From the IMG/VR virus record IMGVR_UViG_3300037493_003396, positions 2,352-66,351 of that record: a stretch of 64,000 bases of DNA, one strand, 5' to 3'. Position numbers and translations under genes: made by a program. Under the pieces are notes generated by a model that saw only the letters and a program-made list of their open reading frames with translations, had not been told where the DNA came from and made no database searches. This stretch comes from a virus. Below, piece after piece: positions 9,833-20,004 of the stretch (the stretch's first letter is position 1; every line of letters starts with the position of its first letter).

Positions 9833-10822
9833 ATGGCTATGACAACCTACGGGGATATTACCCCTAGAACCGCAGCTTACGCGGCAGTAGAATTACTCAA
9901 AAGGGCAATGCCTTATCTCTGTTTGGAGAAATTTGGACAGGCTAAGAGTTTGCCAGGCAACAAAACACAGTCGATTAAGTTTCGGCGTTACAATTCGCTT
10001 GGTCTGCGCACAACTGCGTTGACTGAGGGAGTCACTCCGTCTTCGGACAAATTGACCGCAACAGATATTACAGCCACTCTTTACCAGTACGGTGGATTGG
10101 TTGAAATCACTGATATTATCATGGACACCCATGAAGACCCCGTTCTGCAGGAAGCAATAGCTGTTTCCGGCGAACAGGCGGCAAAGACCGTTGAGACTCT
10201 GCGATACAATGTACTGAAGGCTTGCACCAACGTATTTTATGCGAATGGTGTTGCCGGGCGTACATCGGTTGTGGCAGTTCCCACTCGCGCAGACCAGAGA
10301 AAGATCGTCCGTGCTTTGGAACGTCAGGAAGCACAGCATGTAACTCAGGTAGTTAAATCTACTCCGTCGTTCAATACCGAATCGATTCTGCCGGCGTTCG
10401 TTGGCGTGACCCATGTCGATTTGACTTCGGATATCCGCGGTCTTACCGGTTTCACTTCGGTAGCAGATTACGGCAATAAGTCAGCATGGGAAACCGAAAT
10501 CGGTGCCTGTGAAGACGTTCGTTACATCAAATCAACAATTTTCACTCCTTACGAGGATGGCGGAAGTGCAGTAACCACAAGCAAAATTACCTCGCATGGT
10601 GTCGGATGCGATGTTTATCCGATCATGTATTTTGGTAAAGATGCCTACGGAATGATCGCGCTGAAAGGCAAATATGCGATTACCCCGATAGTTATCAACC
10701 CGACTCCTAGCAAGTCGGACCCATTGGGTCAGAGAGGGTCTGTAAGTTGGAAGACAATGCAGACGACAGTAATTTTAAACGATGCCTGGATGGCAGTTTT
10801 GGAAGCAGCTTGCACCGACTGA
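9833..10822 (+). CDS. major capsid protein, N4-gp56 family
   Basis: TTYGDITPRTA, KFRRY, LTEGVTP, QYG, SDPLGQRGSVSWK motifs. Confidence 0.93.
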   Translation: MAMTTYGDITPRTAAYAAVELLKRAMPYLCLEKFGQAKSLPGNKTQSIKFRRYNSLGLRTTALTEGVTPSSDKLTATDITATLYQYGGLVEITDIIMDTHEDPVLQEAIAVSGEQAAKTVETLRYNVLKACTNVFYANGVAGRTSVVAVPTRADQRKIVRALERQEAQHVTQVVKSTPSFNTESILPAFVGVTHVDLTSDIRGLTGFTSVADYGNKSAWETEIGACEDVRYIKSTIFTPYEDGGSAVTTSKITSHGVGCDVYPIMYFGKDAYGMIALKGKYAITPIVINPTPSKSDPLGQRGSVSWKTMQTTVILNDAWMAVLEAACTD

Positions 10823-10893
10823 AGAATTCTCTTGATAATTAGCCATTTGTATGATACCCTTTGGCATAAAAGAGTTTATGAAAGGGGAACAAA

Positions 10894-11619
10894 ATGGCAA
10901 CTTTCAGGGTTTTGGTTGGTAAGTGTCAGGAGTGTGGGAAGGAATTCAAAGTTCCACAAAGTAGAAAAGAAGCAAAATATTGTTCTAAGGGATGCGCAGA
11001 TGGACACAGAGGTGATAAACGCAAAGTTGAGAAAGTTAAAAAGACTTGTGAGCGATGCGGTAAATTATTTTATGATCATCCATGTCATTCCGAAAGACGG
11101 AAATATTGTTCCTATGAGTGTGCGAACTTTAGCCATGTTAAAACTGAGAAGCGTATCTGTGCATATTGCGAGAGAATATTTGAAGTTAATCCGTCCTCTG
11201 CAAATATCTGTTGTTCGATGGAATGTAGAACGGCAAGATCAAAGACAGGCAATTGGCCAGTATCTAAAAAATTACTCAGGCAGTGTGAACAGTGCGGCAA
11301 AGAATTTTGGAAGAAATTATCCGATGTTAAAAAGGGAGGAGGAAAATTCTGTTCAACAGAATGTAAAAACGAATCCCAAACTATCGGTGATAAAATTCCA
11401 TCTAGTTTCTACAGTTTGGCAGTATGGGAAAAGACACGCACAAGAATTATTGATAGGGATAAAGTATGTAAAAAATGTGGGTTTAGCGGTAAAGGACTCC
11501 ATGTCCACCATCTTAAGTACAAAAGACATGGTGGTACAGAGGATGACTCTAACCTTATCGCCCTATGTGCTCATTGCCACAGGGCAACTCACTGTGAGGA
11601 AGAAACTTGCACCGATTAA
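10894..11619 (+). CDS. HNH homing endonuclease with tandem Cys-rich zinc modules
   Basis: Repeated CxxCGKxF...CSxxC units; RDKVCKKC..HVHH..NLIALCAHCH. Confidence 0.92.
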   Translation: MATFRVLVGKCQECGKEFKVPQSRKEAKYCSKGCADGHRGDKRKVEKVKKTCERCGKLFYDHPCHSERRKYCSYECANFSHVKTEKRICAYCERIFEVNPSSANICCSMECRTARSKTGNWPVSKKLLRQCEQCGKEFWKKLSDVKKGGGKFCSTECKNESQTIGDKIPSSFYSLAVWEKTRTRIIDRDKVCKKCGFSGKGLHVHHLKYKRHGGTEDDSNLIALCAHCHRATHCEEETCTD

Positions 11620-11720
11620 GTTGGTCGGGCGGTGAATACACGCAGATCGCTCATCCTAACCGGTCTGCCAGCGAAGATTAAAAGTTTAGGACAACGCAAC
11701 TTTTTACGGAGGATTACAAA

Positions 11721-12323
11721 ATGGCTTATAAGAAATTTGATGACCCTAATACAAAGGTCGATGATTCAAGGAACAAGATTAACGACAATTTTATGAATTC
11801 GGCAGTCCGTCTGGCGATTCAGGGAATTGCAAACCGTGTGCTCGGTGGAACATCCGGTACCGGTTCGACAGTAGCTCTTGCGGGATGCGCGGCTGGTGGC
11901 ACGGTTGGATTCAAAACGGCTTCAGATGTGGCGATTGTTCACAACGGCGTTTATGCTTTGGTTGCCGCGAAGGACAATCTTTATTTTGGGACATGCGGTA
12001 CACTGGCTGCCAATACGGTAGCGAAGTTCCTCATCTGTTCCGTTGACGGAGGTGCCGCAACCAATATCGGCCCGGGTAATGTCGTGAGTAAAGCGGACTA
12101 CGCTTCTGCGACTCTCGCAGCCGCGGCGGCGAAACTTCCCGATCTGCCCAGCGGTGGTGTGGCTCTGGGTTATGTAACCCTGCACGCTCCAGCTCTGACT
12201 CAGTTGGTTTTGACTGATGGAGCAACGACAGCAGCAGCACGACTCGGTTATGGAATCGGTGCGGCTGGAACGACCGGAACTGCGACGTATGTTGATTTGA
12301 TGAATATGCCGCTTAACCTGTAA
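11721..12323 (+). CDS. probable capsid decoration/minor virion protein
   Basis: Gly/Ala/Thr-rich, after MCP, GGAGG RBS. Confidence 0.6.
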   Translation: MAYKKFDDPNTKVDDSRNKINDNFMNSAVRLAIQGIANRVLGGTSGTGSTVALAGCAAGGTVGFKTASDVAIVHNGVYALVAAKDNLYFGTCGTLAANTVAKFLICSVDGGAATNIGPGNVVSKADYASATLAAAAAKLPDLPSGGVALGYVTLHAPALTQLVLTDGATTAAARLGYGIGAAGTTGTATYVDLMNMPLNL

Positions 12324-12330
12324 TTTTCAA

Positions 12331-12353
12331 AAGGGGGTGTAAAAAACCCCCTT
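12331..12353. terminator. hairpin, possible terminator
   Basis: AAGGGGGT-GTAAAAA-ACCCCCTT. Confidence 0.45.
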
Positions 12354-12380
12354 AAAAACTTTGGAAGGGAGAGTTTTACC

Positions 12381-12701
12381 ATGGCTACAAAAAAGAGTGA
12401 TGAAGAGTCGAATCCTAAAGGATATTTTAGCGGACCGAAAGGACACCCCAAGGACAGGATAGTTATCCACGAAGCTGTGGATATCCCCCGTGAAGGTATG
12501 TTCATTTCATTAAACGGATATCCGTATTTGATCAAGCCAGGCGAGGAAGTTGATGTTCCCCGTCCGGTAAGGGATATGCTGGACACACGAATCGTCACGA
12601 TTACGTCTCACGATGAAAGCGGCAAGGAGTACACCAAAGATATCAAACGGGTGAACTATACTCTTATTAAACAGGATGTTGATGCGGTGGAGGCAGTTTA
12701 A
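12381..12701 (+). CDS. conserved head-module hypothetical protein
   Basis: FISLNGYPYLIKPGEEVDVP motif common downstream of N4-type MCP. Confidence 0.7.
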   Translation: MATKKSDEESNPKGYFSGPKGHPKDRIVIHEAVDIPREGMFISLNGYPYLIKPGEEVDVPRPVRDMLDTRIVTITSHDESGKEYTKDIKRVNYTLIKQDVDAVEAV

Positions 12702-13819
12702 TGCTTGGCAGTGAACTTATCACGCATTTGAGAGAGAGTATATTGGATGATGTGGCTTTGCCTCAGTTATGGTCGGACTCGGAACTTCTCCGTTTCCTAA
12801 ACTATGCTGAGGTGCAAGCCTGCCGTCGGGCTCATCTTCTAATTGATTCTTCAACAGCAAACGACAATGGCACAGCGGCAACTGCCGGCACAATGGGGCA
12901 AAAACCTTTGTGTACTCTGTCAGTAATTGCCAATCAGGCCACTTATAACCTTTCTCCGAAGATACTCCAGATAAAGAGATGCCAGTTGCGATCAATGGTA
13001 ATCCCTTTAACTGGGCCGGTTGTTTACCCGGAATTGGACGACTTGGTATCGGGGTGGATGGGGACAGGCGGAGTGGTTACCGGCGCCGGTAACGACGGGG
13101 TTCAGGCTAAAGGAACGATTGTATCTGACGGTACTTTGGGTACCGCCGGAGCGGTTGTTACGGTCGGAACCAACGGGTACACTTTTGTTGCGACTCTATC
13201 GGCTGAGAACCATGTATTGAGAGGAACTTCTGGGGCTGATGATCTTGACCATTTAAAATCAGCCATAAACAACGGCGGGACTTCTGCGTTACATATTTGT
13301 TCAGCCGTTCATCCGAAGGTTACGGCGGCTCACACGGTTTCCGGAACTGCAGGGACGATGACTCTTACTGCCAAACTAAACGGCACCGCTGGCAATGGGA
13401 TCGCGTTATTATCAACAGATGCCCATTTAGTAATGAGCGGAACTTACATGACGGGCGGAGTTGATAACTCAGGGGAACCTACTTACTTCCTGAATGAGCC
13501 GGGGAATACGATTACTTTCGTTCGTTCTCCGTCTTATGACGATACAGCCGATCTGGTAGTTTCGAGAATACCGTTGACGAGTTTAACCAAAACAACATCC
13601 CCCGAAATAGATGAGCAATACCATTTGGGACTTTGTGATTGGGCGGCTCATCTTGCTTATATGAAGTCAGATACAGAAACTCAAAATCTTAACCTTTCCA
13701 AGTTTTATGAAAATCAGTTTGATAGACAATTCGGAACTTTGCCGGACGCTTACATTCAAAAGCTGAGGAAAAGCATTTCTCAGAAACAACGTATGCGACC
13801 GCGCGAGTTTGGATCCTAG
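12701..13819 (+). CDS. head-tail adaptor protein with inserted sheath-type beta domain
   Basis: LWSDSELLRFLN..A, TYNLSPKILQI, PEIDEQYHLGLCDWAAHLAY motifs. Confidence 0.75.
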   Translation: MLGSELITHLRESILDDVALPQLWSDSELLRFLNYAEVQACRRAHLLIDSSTANDNGTAATAGTMGQKPLCTLSVIANQATYNLSPKILQIKRCQLRSMVIPLTGPVVYPELDDLVSGWMGTGGVVTGAGNDGVQAKGTIVSDGTLGTAGAVVTVGTNGYTFVATLSAENHVLRGTSGADDLDHLKSAINNGGTSALHICSAVHPKVTAAHTVSGTAGTMTLTAKLNGTAGNGIALLSTDAHLVMSGTYMTGGVDNSGEPTYFLNEPGNTITFVRSPSYDDTADLVVSRIPLTSLTKTTSPEIDEQYHLGLCDWAAHLAYMKSDTETQNLNLSKFYENQFDRQFGTLPDAYIQKLRKSISQKQRMRPREFGS

Positions 13820-13830
13820 GAGGATTTAAT

Positions 13831-14130
13831 ATGGCGATTTTAAAATTTAAGAAAATGATCGAAGATTTGGAGACTGGTTCGACACAGGTTCTCGCAACTT
13901 TGACCATAGCGAATGTAACTACCGTTGGGTACGCTACTTCCGTAGGCACCGCAGGGGTAATGGCTCTTGCAACCTCTGCCGCTAATGCGGGCAGTTCGTC
14001 CTTTGCAACGACCGCCTCTAAAGCCGGAAGTGCGGCTCAGGCTGGAACAGCAAGAGTTGCCCATTACGCATCGTCTGGTACAGCGAATATCGCTGGAACA
14101 AGCGCGCATTGGTCAACAGGTGGTTTATAA
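13831..14130 (+). CDS. small virion protein with A-x-x repeats, paralogous to tail-fibre repeat
   Basis: ATSAANAGSSSFATTA shared with 14983 ORF. Confidence 0.7.
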   Translation: MAILKFKKMIEDLETGSTQVLATLTIANVTTVGYATSVGTAGVMALATSAANAGSSSFATTASKAGSAAQAGTARVAHYASSGTANIAGTSAHWSTGGL

Positions 14131-14203
14131 TCAAGTGGGGGTGAAAGCCCCCGCTTAAACTTCACAGGGAATGACGACGAGCCCTGTTTGACGAGGAGGT
14201 TTT

Positions 14204-14590
14204 ATGGCAGAACGACGAATCCAATCTATTCCTTTATTCAAAGAAACAAAATTTGGGACATCCGGAACAACGGCAACCATTGATTCCGACGTTATAGATT
14301 TGAGAGATATTTCCCGAACAGGACAGTTTTCTCTTGCATTCAACGTCTCAACAGCCGGTGACGTAGCGAGTTGCGGATCGGTTAAATTCTCTTACTGGTG
14401 TAGTCAGAATTTCGATGGAACTTATATTTCTCCAACCGACGGAACCTTTTGCACGATAGGTAACGCTGGGTCGTTGGGGACAAGCGATGTGATCGCTTTA
14501 ACGCCTCCGGTGGCCCCGTTTATTAAAATACGCGGAGTTCAAGGAACAAGTGGGACATCTCTCATAACAGCATCATTGAATGTTCGATAG
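14204..14590 (+). CDS. virion structural protein (beta-sandwich-like)
   Basis: GGAGG RBS, position in tail module. Confidence 0.65.
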   Translation: MAERRIQSIPLFKETKFGTSGTTATIDSDVIDLRDISRTGQFSLAFNVSTAGDVASCGSVKFSYWCSQNFDGTYISPTDGTFCTIGNAGSLGTSDVIALTPPVAPFIKIRGVQGTSGTSLITASLNVR

Positions 14591-14599
14591 GGGGAAGAC

Positions 14600-14986
14600 A
14601 TGGCAGAGATCCGAAGGCTTTCACTTATCAGGGGAAACAGTCTCACGATTCCAGTAACAATGGAATCATCGGCAGGCGTTGCGTATAATATCAAAAATTG
14701 GGTGGTGTATTTCACTTTAAAGACAGATCACTCTCTACCGGATTCTCAGGCTACGTTACAGAAAATAATCACAACCTTTTCCGACACTACTTCTGGAACT
14801 ACAGGGATAGCGAATATTCCTCTTGTGGAAACGGACACGCAGAACCTCGCTGTTGGAGAATATGATTTTGATATTAAGGTTTTGACGGCGGGTACTTTAG
14901 GCACATCGTCGTACACGGTTATGAAGGGAAAGTTTGATTTAGAATACAATGTAACTGATTCGGTGGGAACAGCCGGGACGCTATGA
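14600..14986 (+). CDS. BppU-like Ig-fold virion protein
   Basis: IRGNS..IPVT, VYFTLK, DTQNLAVGEYDFDIKV, VMKGKF pattern. Confidence 0.7.
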   Translation: MAEIRRLSLIRGNSLTIPVTMESSAGVAYNIKNWVVYFTLKTDHSLPDSQATLQKIITTFSDTTSGTTGIANIPLVETDTQNLAVGEYDFDIKVLTAGTLGTSSYTVMKGKFDLEYNVTDSVGTAGTL

Positions 14987-17900
14987 CAGAGATAAAAACA
15001 ACAATAACATCGGACGCGCCGGTAACGGCCACGATGAAAACAGAGACTCCGGTAAAAGTAACTGTGACATCGGATTCCCCGGTTACTGCTGTTTTAAAAA
15101 CTGAAACACCGATAAAAGCGCAGATATCTACAGCAGACCCAATAGTTGCGAGAATAGTCACAGGGGAAGCAGGGTCTTCTGGAACAAGTGGAACTTCGGC
15201 GGCGGGCGGGATTGCTGATTTTGCTTCTTCCGCAGGGACTTCTCTTTACGCCGGAACATCTGGGACGGCTCTTTATGCCGCCTCTGCCGGAAACGCCGGT
15301 AGTGCGGGAAGCGCCACAACTGCCGCAAATGCTGGAACTGCGGAATACGCTATTTCTGCAGGGAACGCCGGGTCTTCTGGGTCAGCCACTACATCCGCTA
15401 ATGCCGGATCATCTTCTTTTGCCACTACAGCCGCGATATCAGGCACAGCGCCTTACAGTGGGACTGCCTCATTTGCTACTTCAGCAGGGGAAAGTGGAAG
15501 CGCGGGTTCCGCAACCACAGCAGCGAACGCTGGTTCTGCCTCTTTCGCAACAACCGCCGGGATTGCGGGTACCGCACCCTATAGCGGCACATCAGAATAT
15601 TCTATTTTATCCGGAACGGCTTCTTTTTCTAATTCGGCTGGAAACTCTGGGAGCGCGGGGTCAGCGACTACAAGCGCAAACGCCGGAAGTTCATCTTTTG
15701 CGACGACAAGTTCCATCGCTGGAACAGCGCCATATAGTGGGACGTCGTCCTTTGCTACCTCTGCCGGGGACTCGGGGTCGGCAGGTTCCGCCACCACGGC
15801 GGCAAATGCGGGGTCTTCATCCTATACTACTACCGCGTCCATCGCTGGAACGAGTCCATATAGCGGTACCGCTTCTTACGCCACCACTGCCGCAAATGCT
15901 GGCACTGCTTACAAAGCTACGTCTGCGGCTCAGGCGGGTTCGGCGGGTTCGGCAACAACCGCGGCAAACTCAGGAAGTGCATCCTTTGCTACCACAGCCG
16001 GAATCTCCGGCACGAGTCCGTACGCTGGAACAAGTTCGTTTGCGACTTCGGCGTCAACGGCGGGTTACGCCGCAACGGTGGGACCTGATATTTTAGTCAA
16101 TCACATTGGCGAACAGGATACTGCTCATGGGGTCGTTATTGATAATGATTTACATGGTGGAGTAGTTGGAGATGGGATTGATGTCGATATTCACGCCACT
16201 CTGGGAGCAGAACTGTCCCCTGTATTTACGGCGGCAAACTGGACAGCGGGCGCAGGATGGTCTATTAACGATGGAACGGGAATAGTCACGGCAGTTGCCG
16301 GTGTTGCCTCTGATCTGACTCCTTCTACTCCGATAACAGCAAATATAACGAAGAGGTACAAACGGACATTTGTTATCACAGATTGGACAGCAGGGACATT
16401 AACCGCAACATTTGGTGGGGTTGTGAGTACACCACTCTCGGGAGACCAGACAGTTTCTATTTATATAGATCCCTACACCACGGGGACTCTAACACTTACC
16501 AAAGATGCCGCATTTGCAGGTAAAATAAGTCTCTGTTCTTTGAAAGAAATAACTAAAGGAAACTTAACTATTGAGGGCGACATTCATCACCTAGATTCAA
16601 GAGGACACCCTAACCGTCTAGCTTATTCAACTCGTCACATGAACGAAATGCAGACAGATACTTTACTTGATAAATCAAGAAGCACTTTGTCTTGCACGGG
16701 TGGAGTCCTTACTTACACTTTAATTGCTATCTTCGGGAATGGTACTTTTAACTTTAATGGTATTCCTTACCCTGTAGAAGCGGATTCTGTTTCAATAGCT
16801 TTAACCGCAGGGACTGACGCAGCACCACAGATCAATTACGTTAATTTCCACTTGGTCGGAAACACACCTACTTTAAGAGTTAGCACAACTTATCCAACAG
16901 ATGTTCATATAGACGTTGCTACTTGGCTTGTGGGTACTGTTTCGGGAAGTTCCTACACTATTTACGCTTACGACAGAAACCGTTACGAAACTGAATCTTT
17001 AGTTAAGAGAATCATAGAGAGATTTGAGAAATCAGGGACTCTTTATTCAAGCGGTGGTGTGCCTACAGTCGCACAGACTACTTTGAGCATCGCTTCGGGA
17101 TGCGAGTTCTTTAACGGCATCTTTGAAATGACTTCTGCTAATACTACAACTCTGGCAGGGTTTACGATTATTAAAAACGGAGCATTTTCTGCGGCAACCT
17201 CAATAGCGGAAACTTTGTTTTATTCTGATGGCACAGCAGTCGGTAATCATTACTTTGCTAACGTAGTATGGGGAATAGTTCCGACAACTACTACCGCAGG
17301 GGGAACGGTTGCCGTTACGGTTAAACTTTACGCTATACTTCAAACCAAACCTACGGCTGAATACACGCTTGCACAAGCTCGACAGGATTTATATGAAGCG
17401 ACAAACTACTATCCTTCAAATTCAGCAGTTAAGAATGTATTCGTTCCTATTTGCCGAACGATAGTAAGTGAAGATAATCCAACTCAATTTCAGACATTTG
17501 ATACAGGACTTTACCATAAAGACGTAAGAGGAAAGATAACAAGTGGTGGCGGTGCGGCAACATCTTACACACACCCAAATCATACAGGAGAGGTGACGTC
17601 TGTTGGAGACGGTGCTTTAACGATTGGTACTTTAACCCACGACCTACAGTTCGCCACCTACAAAGCTATCGCTATGGCTTGTGATAACGGAGCAACTCTA
17701 CCATCAACCCCTGTTATTGGACAATGGTTTCTTCATACCCCAACAGGTAGAAATGTTTTAATGCAGTACACAGGTTCAGCGTGGCAGCCTATTATTAGTT
17801 TTGGTTCTATGACAATGTATGTTGCGGGGAACAGCGTTGGTTCAGATGTAGCAGATAACGGAACAGGCACAGCATACACAAGTGGCTCTCTTGTTTCGGG

Positions 17901-19269
17901 AAGAAGTTATCATATTTCAACTTTTGTTGCAGGTGATGATTTCTCAAATGTTGGCGCATACAATATCACAGATAATCAATTCAAAGCTACAGGAACAACT
18001 CCGACAGATTGGACTCATGGCTCGACTTTAGTTGATATGGATTCCACTTCGTTCCTAACAGGTACTTATGCAGTTAGTATTATTCCACCCGTAGTAACGG
18101 GAACTGTATATATTAGATTTAGCGGTGATACTTTTGCTGAAACAATAGTGATGAGAGGAAAATATTTTAGTGGAAATTATCGAATACAATTATACGGGAC
18201 TTTAGAAGTGCAAGAAATAATTTCATCAGCAACCATCACAAGGGGAACAGGAATACAAAGAAGCGTTATTACTAAATCAGGCGCATTTAATGGTGATAAT
18301 TATGCTAATGTGGTCGCTTACTACGCTACAGACGGTATTTATAGAATAATAGACGGGCATACAGTTACTTTACCTGCTGACCAAGCCTCTGTCCCAAGCA
18401 CAGACGATATTGCCGTAGGAGATATTATCAAAGGTGCTACATCAGGAGCTTATGGTGATGTTTTGGAGGTAACCGGTACTGGAAGTTTTGCTAGTTCTAA
18501 TTGGTCAGGAACTTTTTTAATCCAAGTTACTTATGGAACTTTCCAAAGTGGTGAGAATTTAGACAATGTAACAGACTCAAAATTAGCAGTTTGTACCACG
18601 ACTTCGACTGTTACAGTTAATGACGACAATATTACAATGGTAGGAACTGCGTCTTCTTCTACAACGCAAGATGTTGTTATTTTTGATTGGCTGACTGATA
18701 TTTCGATTATACAATCGGTAACAACCCAACAAGCAATAGATGTTTTTAATTGTTATTGTTCTGATGGTGTTAATTTGAATAGTTGGGGGCGTGCTCAGTT
18801 ATATAGATGTAAGTTATACAAATCAACCGGTGCTATTATTCCATTAAGCGTCAGTCAATTTTCGGTAGGAAATTTGAACCAGTGTTATATAGATGGTAGT
18901 AGTGCCAGTTCATGTGTTTTAGTAACAAATTCTTTAGTTCAAGTATCACAATCTAAAATAATTGGTAATAGTACGGCTAGTAGTCGTTATGGTATTCAAG
19001 TATATGATATTGGTACGATAGCTTTTACTCTTGGTCAAAGTATTATTGATGGTCTTACTTTATATACAGGGGGTAAAGGTATTTATTTACAATCTAACTC
19101 CACATTAAGACATAATCTTACTGCGGCTCAGGGATACACAAGAATAAGAAACCTTGTTACAGGAATAGGTGCAGATACAGGAGCGCAAGCAATCGCAACT
19201 AGTGTAGTCTATAGCAACAACACAACACCCACAGACGCTGTTTCCGCAAGTTACGGTTATATAGGATAA
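14983..19269 (+). CDS. tail fibre/spike protein (1428 aa)
   Basis: N-terminal tandem repeats, Ser/Thr/Gly-rich, YTHPNHTGEVT motif, C-terminal beta-helix-like region. Confidence 0.85.
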   Translation: MTEIKTTITSDAPVTATMKTETPVKVTVTSDSPVTAVLKTETPIKAQISTADPIVARIVTGEAGSSGTSGTSAAGGIADFASSAGTSLYAGTSGTALYAASAGNAGSAGSATTAANAGTAEYAISAGNAGSSGSATTSANAGSSSFATTAAISGTAPYSGTASFATSAGESGSAGSATTAANAGSASFATTAGIAGTAPYSGTSEYSILSGTASFSNSAGNSGSAGSATTSANAGSSSFATTSSIAGTAPYSGTSSFATSAGDSGSAGSATTAANAGSSSYTTTASIAGTSPYSGTASYATTAANAGTAYKATSAAQAGSAGSATTAANSGSASFATTAGISGTSPYAGTSSFATSASTAGYAATVGPDILVNHIGEQDTAHGVVIDNDLHGGVVGDGIDVDIHATLGAELSPVFTAANWTAGAGWSINDGTGIVTAVAGVASDLTPSTPITANITKRYKRTFVITDWTAGTLTATFGGVVSTPLSGDQTVSIYIDPYTTGTLTLTKDAAFAGKISLCSLKEITKGNLTIEGDIHHLDSRGHPNRLAYSTRHMNEMQTDTLLDKSRSTLSCTGGVLTYTLIAIFGNGTFNFNGIPYPVEADSVSIALTAGTDAAPQINYVNFHLVGNTPTLRVSTTYPTDVHIDVATWLVGTVSGSSYTIYAYDRNRYETESLVKRIIERFEKSGTLYSSGGVPTVAQTTLSIASGCEFFNGIFEMTSANTTTLAGFTIIKNGAFSAATSIAETLFYSDGTAVGNHYFANVVWGIVPTTTTAGGTVAVTVKLYAILQTKPTAEYTLAQARQDLYEATNYYPSNSAVKNVFVPICRTIVSEDNPTQFQTFDTGLYHKDVRGKITSGGGAATSYTHPNHTGEVTSVGDGALTIGTLTHDLQFATYKAIAMACDNGATLPSTPVIGQWFLHTPTGRNVLMQYTGSAWQPIISFGSMTMYVAGNSVGSDVADNGTGTAYTSGSLVSGRSYHISTFVAGDDFSNVGAYNITDNQFKATGTTPTDWTHGSTLVDMDSTSFLTGTYAVSIIPPVVTGTVYIRFSGDTFAETIVMRGKYFSGNYRIQLYGTLEVQEIISSATITRGTGIQRSVITKSGAFNGDNYANVVAYYATDGIYRIIDGHTVTLPADQASVPSTDDIAVGDIIKGATSGAYGDVLEVTGTGSFASSNWSGTFLIQVTYGTFQSGENLDNVTDSKLAVCTTTSTVTVNDDNITMVGTASSSTTQDVVIFDWLTDISIIQSVTTQQAIDVFNCYCSDGVNLNSWGRAQLYRCKLYKSTGAIIPLSVSQFSVGNLNQCYIDGSSASSCVLVTNSLVQVSQSKIIGNSTASSRYGIQVYDIGTIAFTLGQSIIDGLTLYTGGKGIYLQSNSTLRHNLTAAQGYTRIRNLVTGIGADTGAQAIATSVVYSNNTTPTDAVSASYGYIG
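15172..16077 (+). repeat. degenerate tandem coding repeat (approx. 42-aa unit built on A/S-x-x triplets)
   Basis: AGSAGSATTAANAGSxSFATTAxIxGTAPYSGTxSFATS repeated about five times with heavy synonymous divergence. Confidence 0.9.
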
Positions 19270-19271
19270 AT

Positions 19272-19538
19272 ATGAAACTATTTTACAATTCAACTAAAAT
19301 ATATTACGCAGTCTATGACAGGGATTTATTTTCTTTTACACATTCAACAACTATTCCCCTATTTGAATTTACTATAGACGAAATATCAGATACAAACAAA
19401 AAAGTCTGCGCTGATTTAGTTAAAAATAATAATAAATCAGACATTAATGGAATAGGAAAATATTACATTGAAAACAACGAACTCTATCTAAGAGATAATT
19501 GGGAGGCATATGAAAATATCCCTGACAACGAATACTGA
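19272..19538 (+). CDS. tail fibre-associated small protein
   Basis: AT-rich, follows fibre. Confidence 0.65.
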   Translation: MKLFYNSTKIYYAVYDRDLFSFTHSTTIPLFEFTIDEISDTNKKVCADLVKNNNKSDINGIGKYYIENNELYLRDNWEAYENIPDNEY

Positions 19539-19695
19539 TAAAAAAGACTTGAGCGACCAAGCTACTGCGGCAGTAACAAGACTTAACGCTATTGTTGCTA
19601 TGACTACTATGACCACGGCACAGCTTACTGCGGCAGTTAAAGATATGGCAAAATACGAAAGAGCAATTATAAAAAGATTAATTCAACTACAATAG
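19510..19695 (+). CDS. small helical protein (fibre chaperone-like)
   Basis: GGGAGG RBS, ORF track. Confidence 0.6.
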   Translation: MKISLTTNTDKKDLSDQATAAVTRLNAIVAMTTMTTAQLTAAVKDMAKYERAIIKRLIQLQ

Positions 19696-19707
19696 GAGGT
19701 TTTCTGA

Positions 19708-20004
19708 ATGGAAAGTTTTGTTATAGGTAATGCAGTCTTGAATGTTGGATTGGTAGGCGGTTCTTTTGGTTTTGCTGGTTATCTCTTTAAGAGATGGATG
19801 GAACGAGTTGATGCTAAACTTGCTACAGCACATGAAGAAACTGTCGATGCGGCAGAGGCTCTTGATATTAAAATAGAAAGAATATTTGTAGAACTCAAGA
19901 TAGCAAACGGGCGTACTGCTAAGATTGAGGCAAAGGTTGAATCTCACTTAGCGGTATGTGAGGATAGGAACAAAAGCAGAAGAATAGGTGACACTTGTGG
20001 ATGA
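19708..20004 (+). CDS. membrane protein, possible holin
   Basis: One N-terminal TM helix plus coiled coil, upstream of endolysin. Confidence 0.5.
   Translation: MESFVIGNAVLNVGLVGGSFGFAGYLFKRWMERVDAKLATAHEETVDAAEALDIKIERIFVELKIANGRTAKIEAKVESHLAVCEDRNKSRRIGDTCG

Noticed and set aside
10832-11635. 267-aa ORF overlapping the HNH gene
   Set aside because: Alternative-frame shadow with TTG start, no RBS or motifs; the HNH frame explains the region
15188-16096. 302-aa Pro/Leu/Arg-rich ORF
   Set aside because: Off-frame product of the GC-rich tail-fibre repeat
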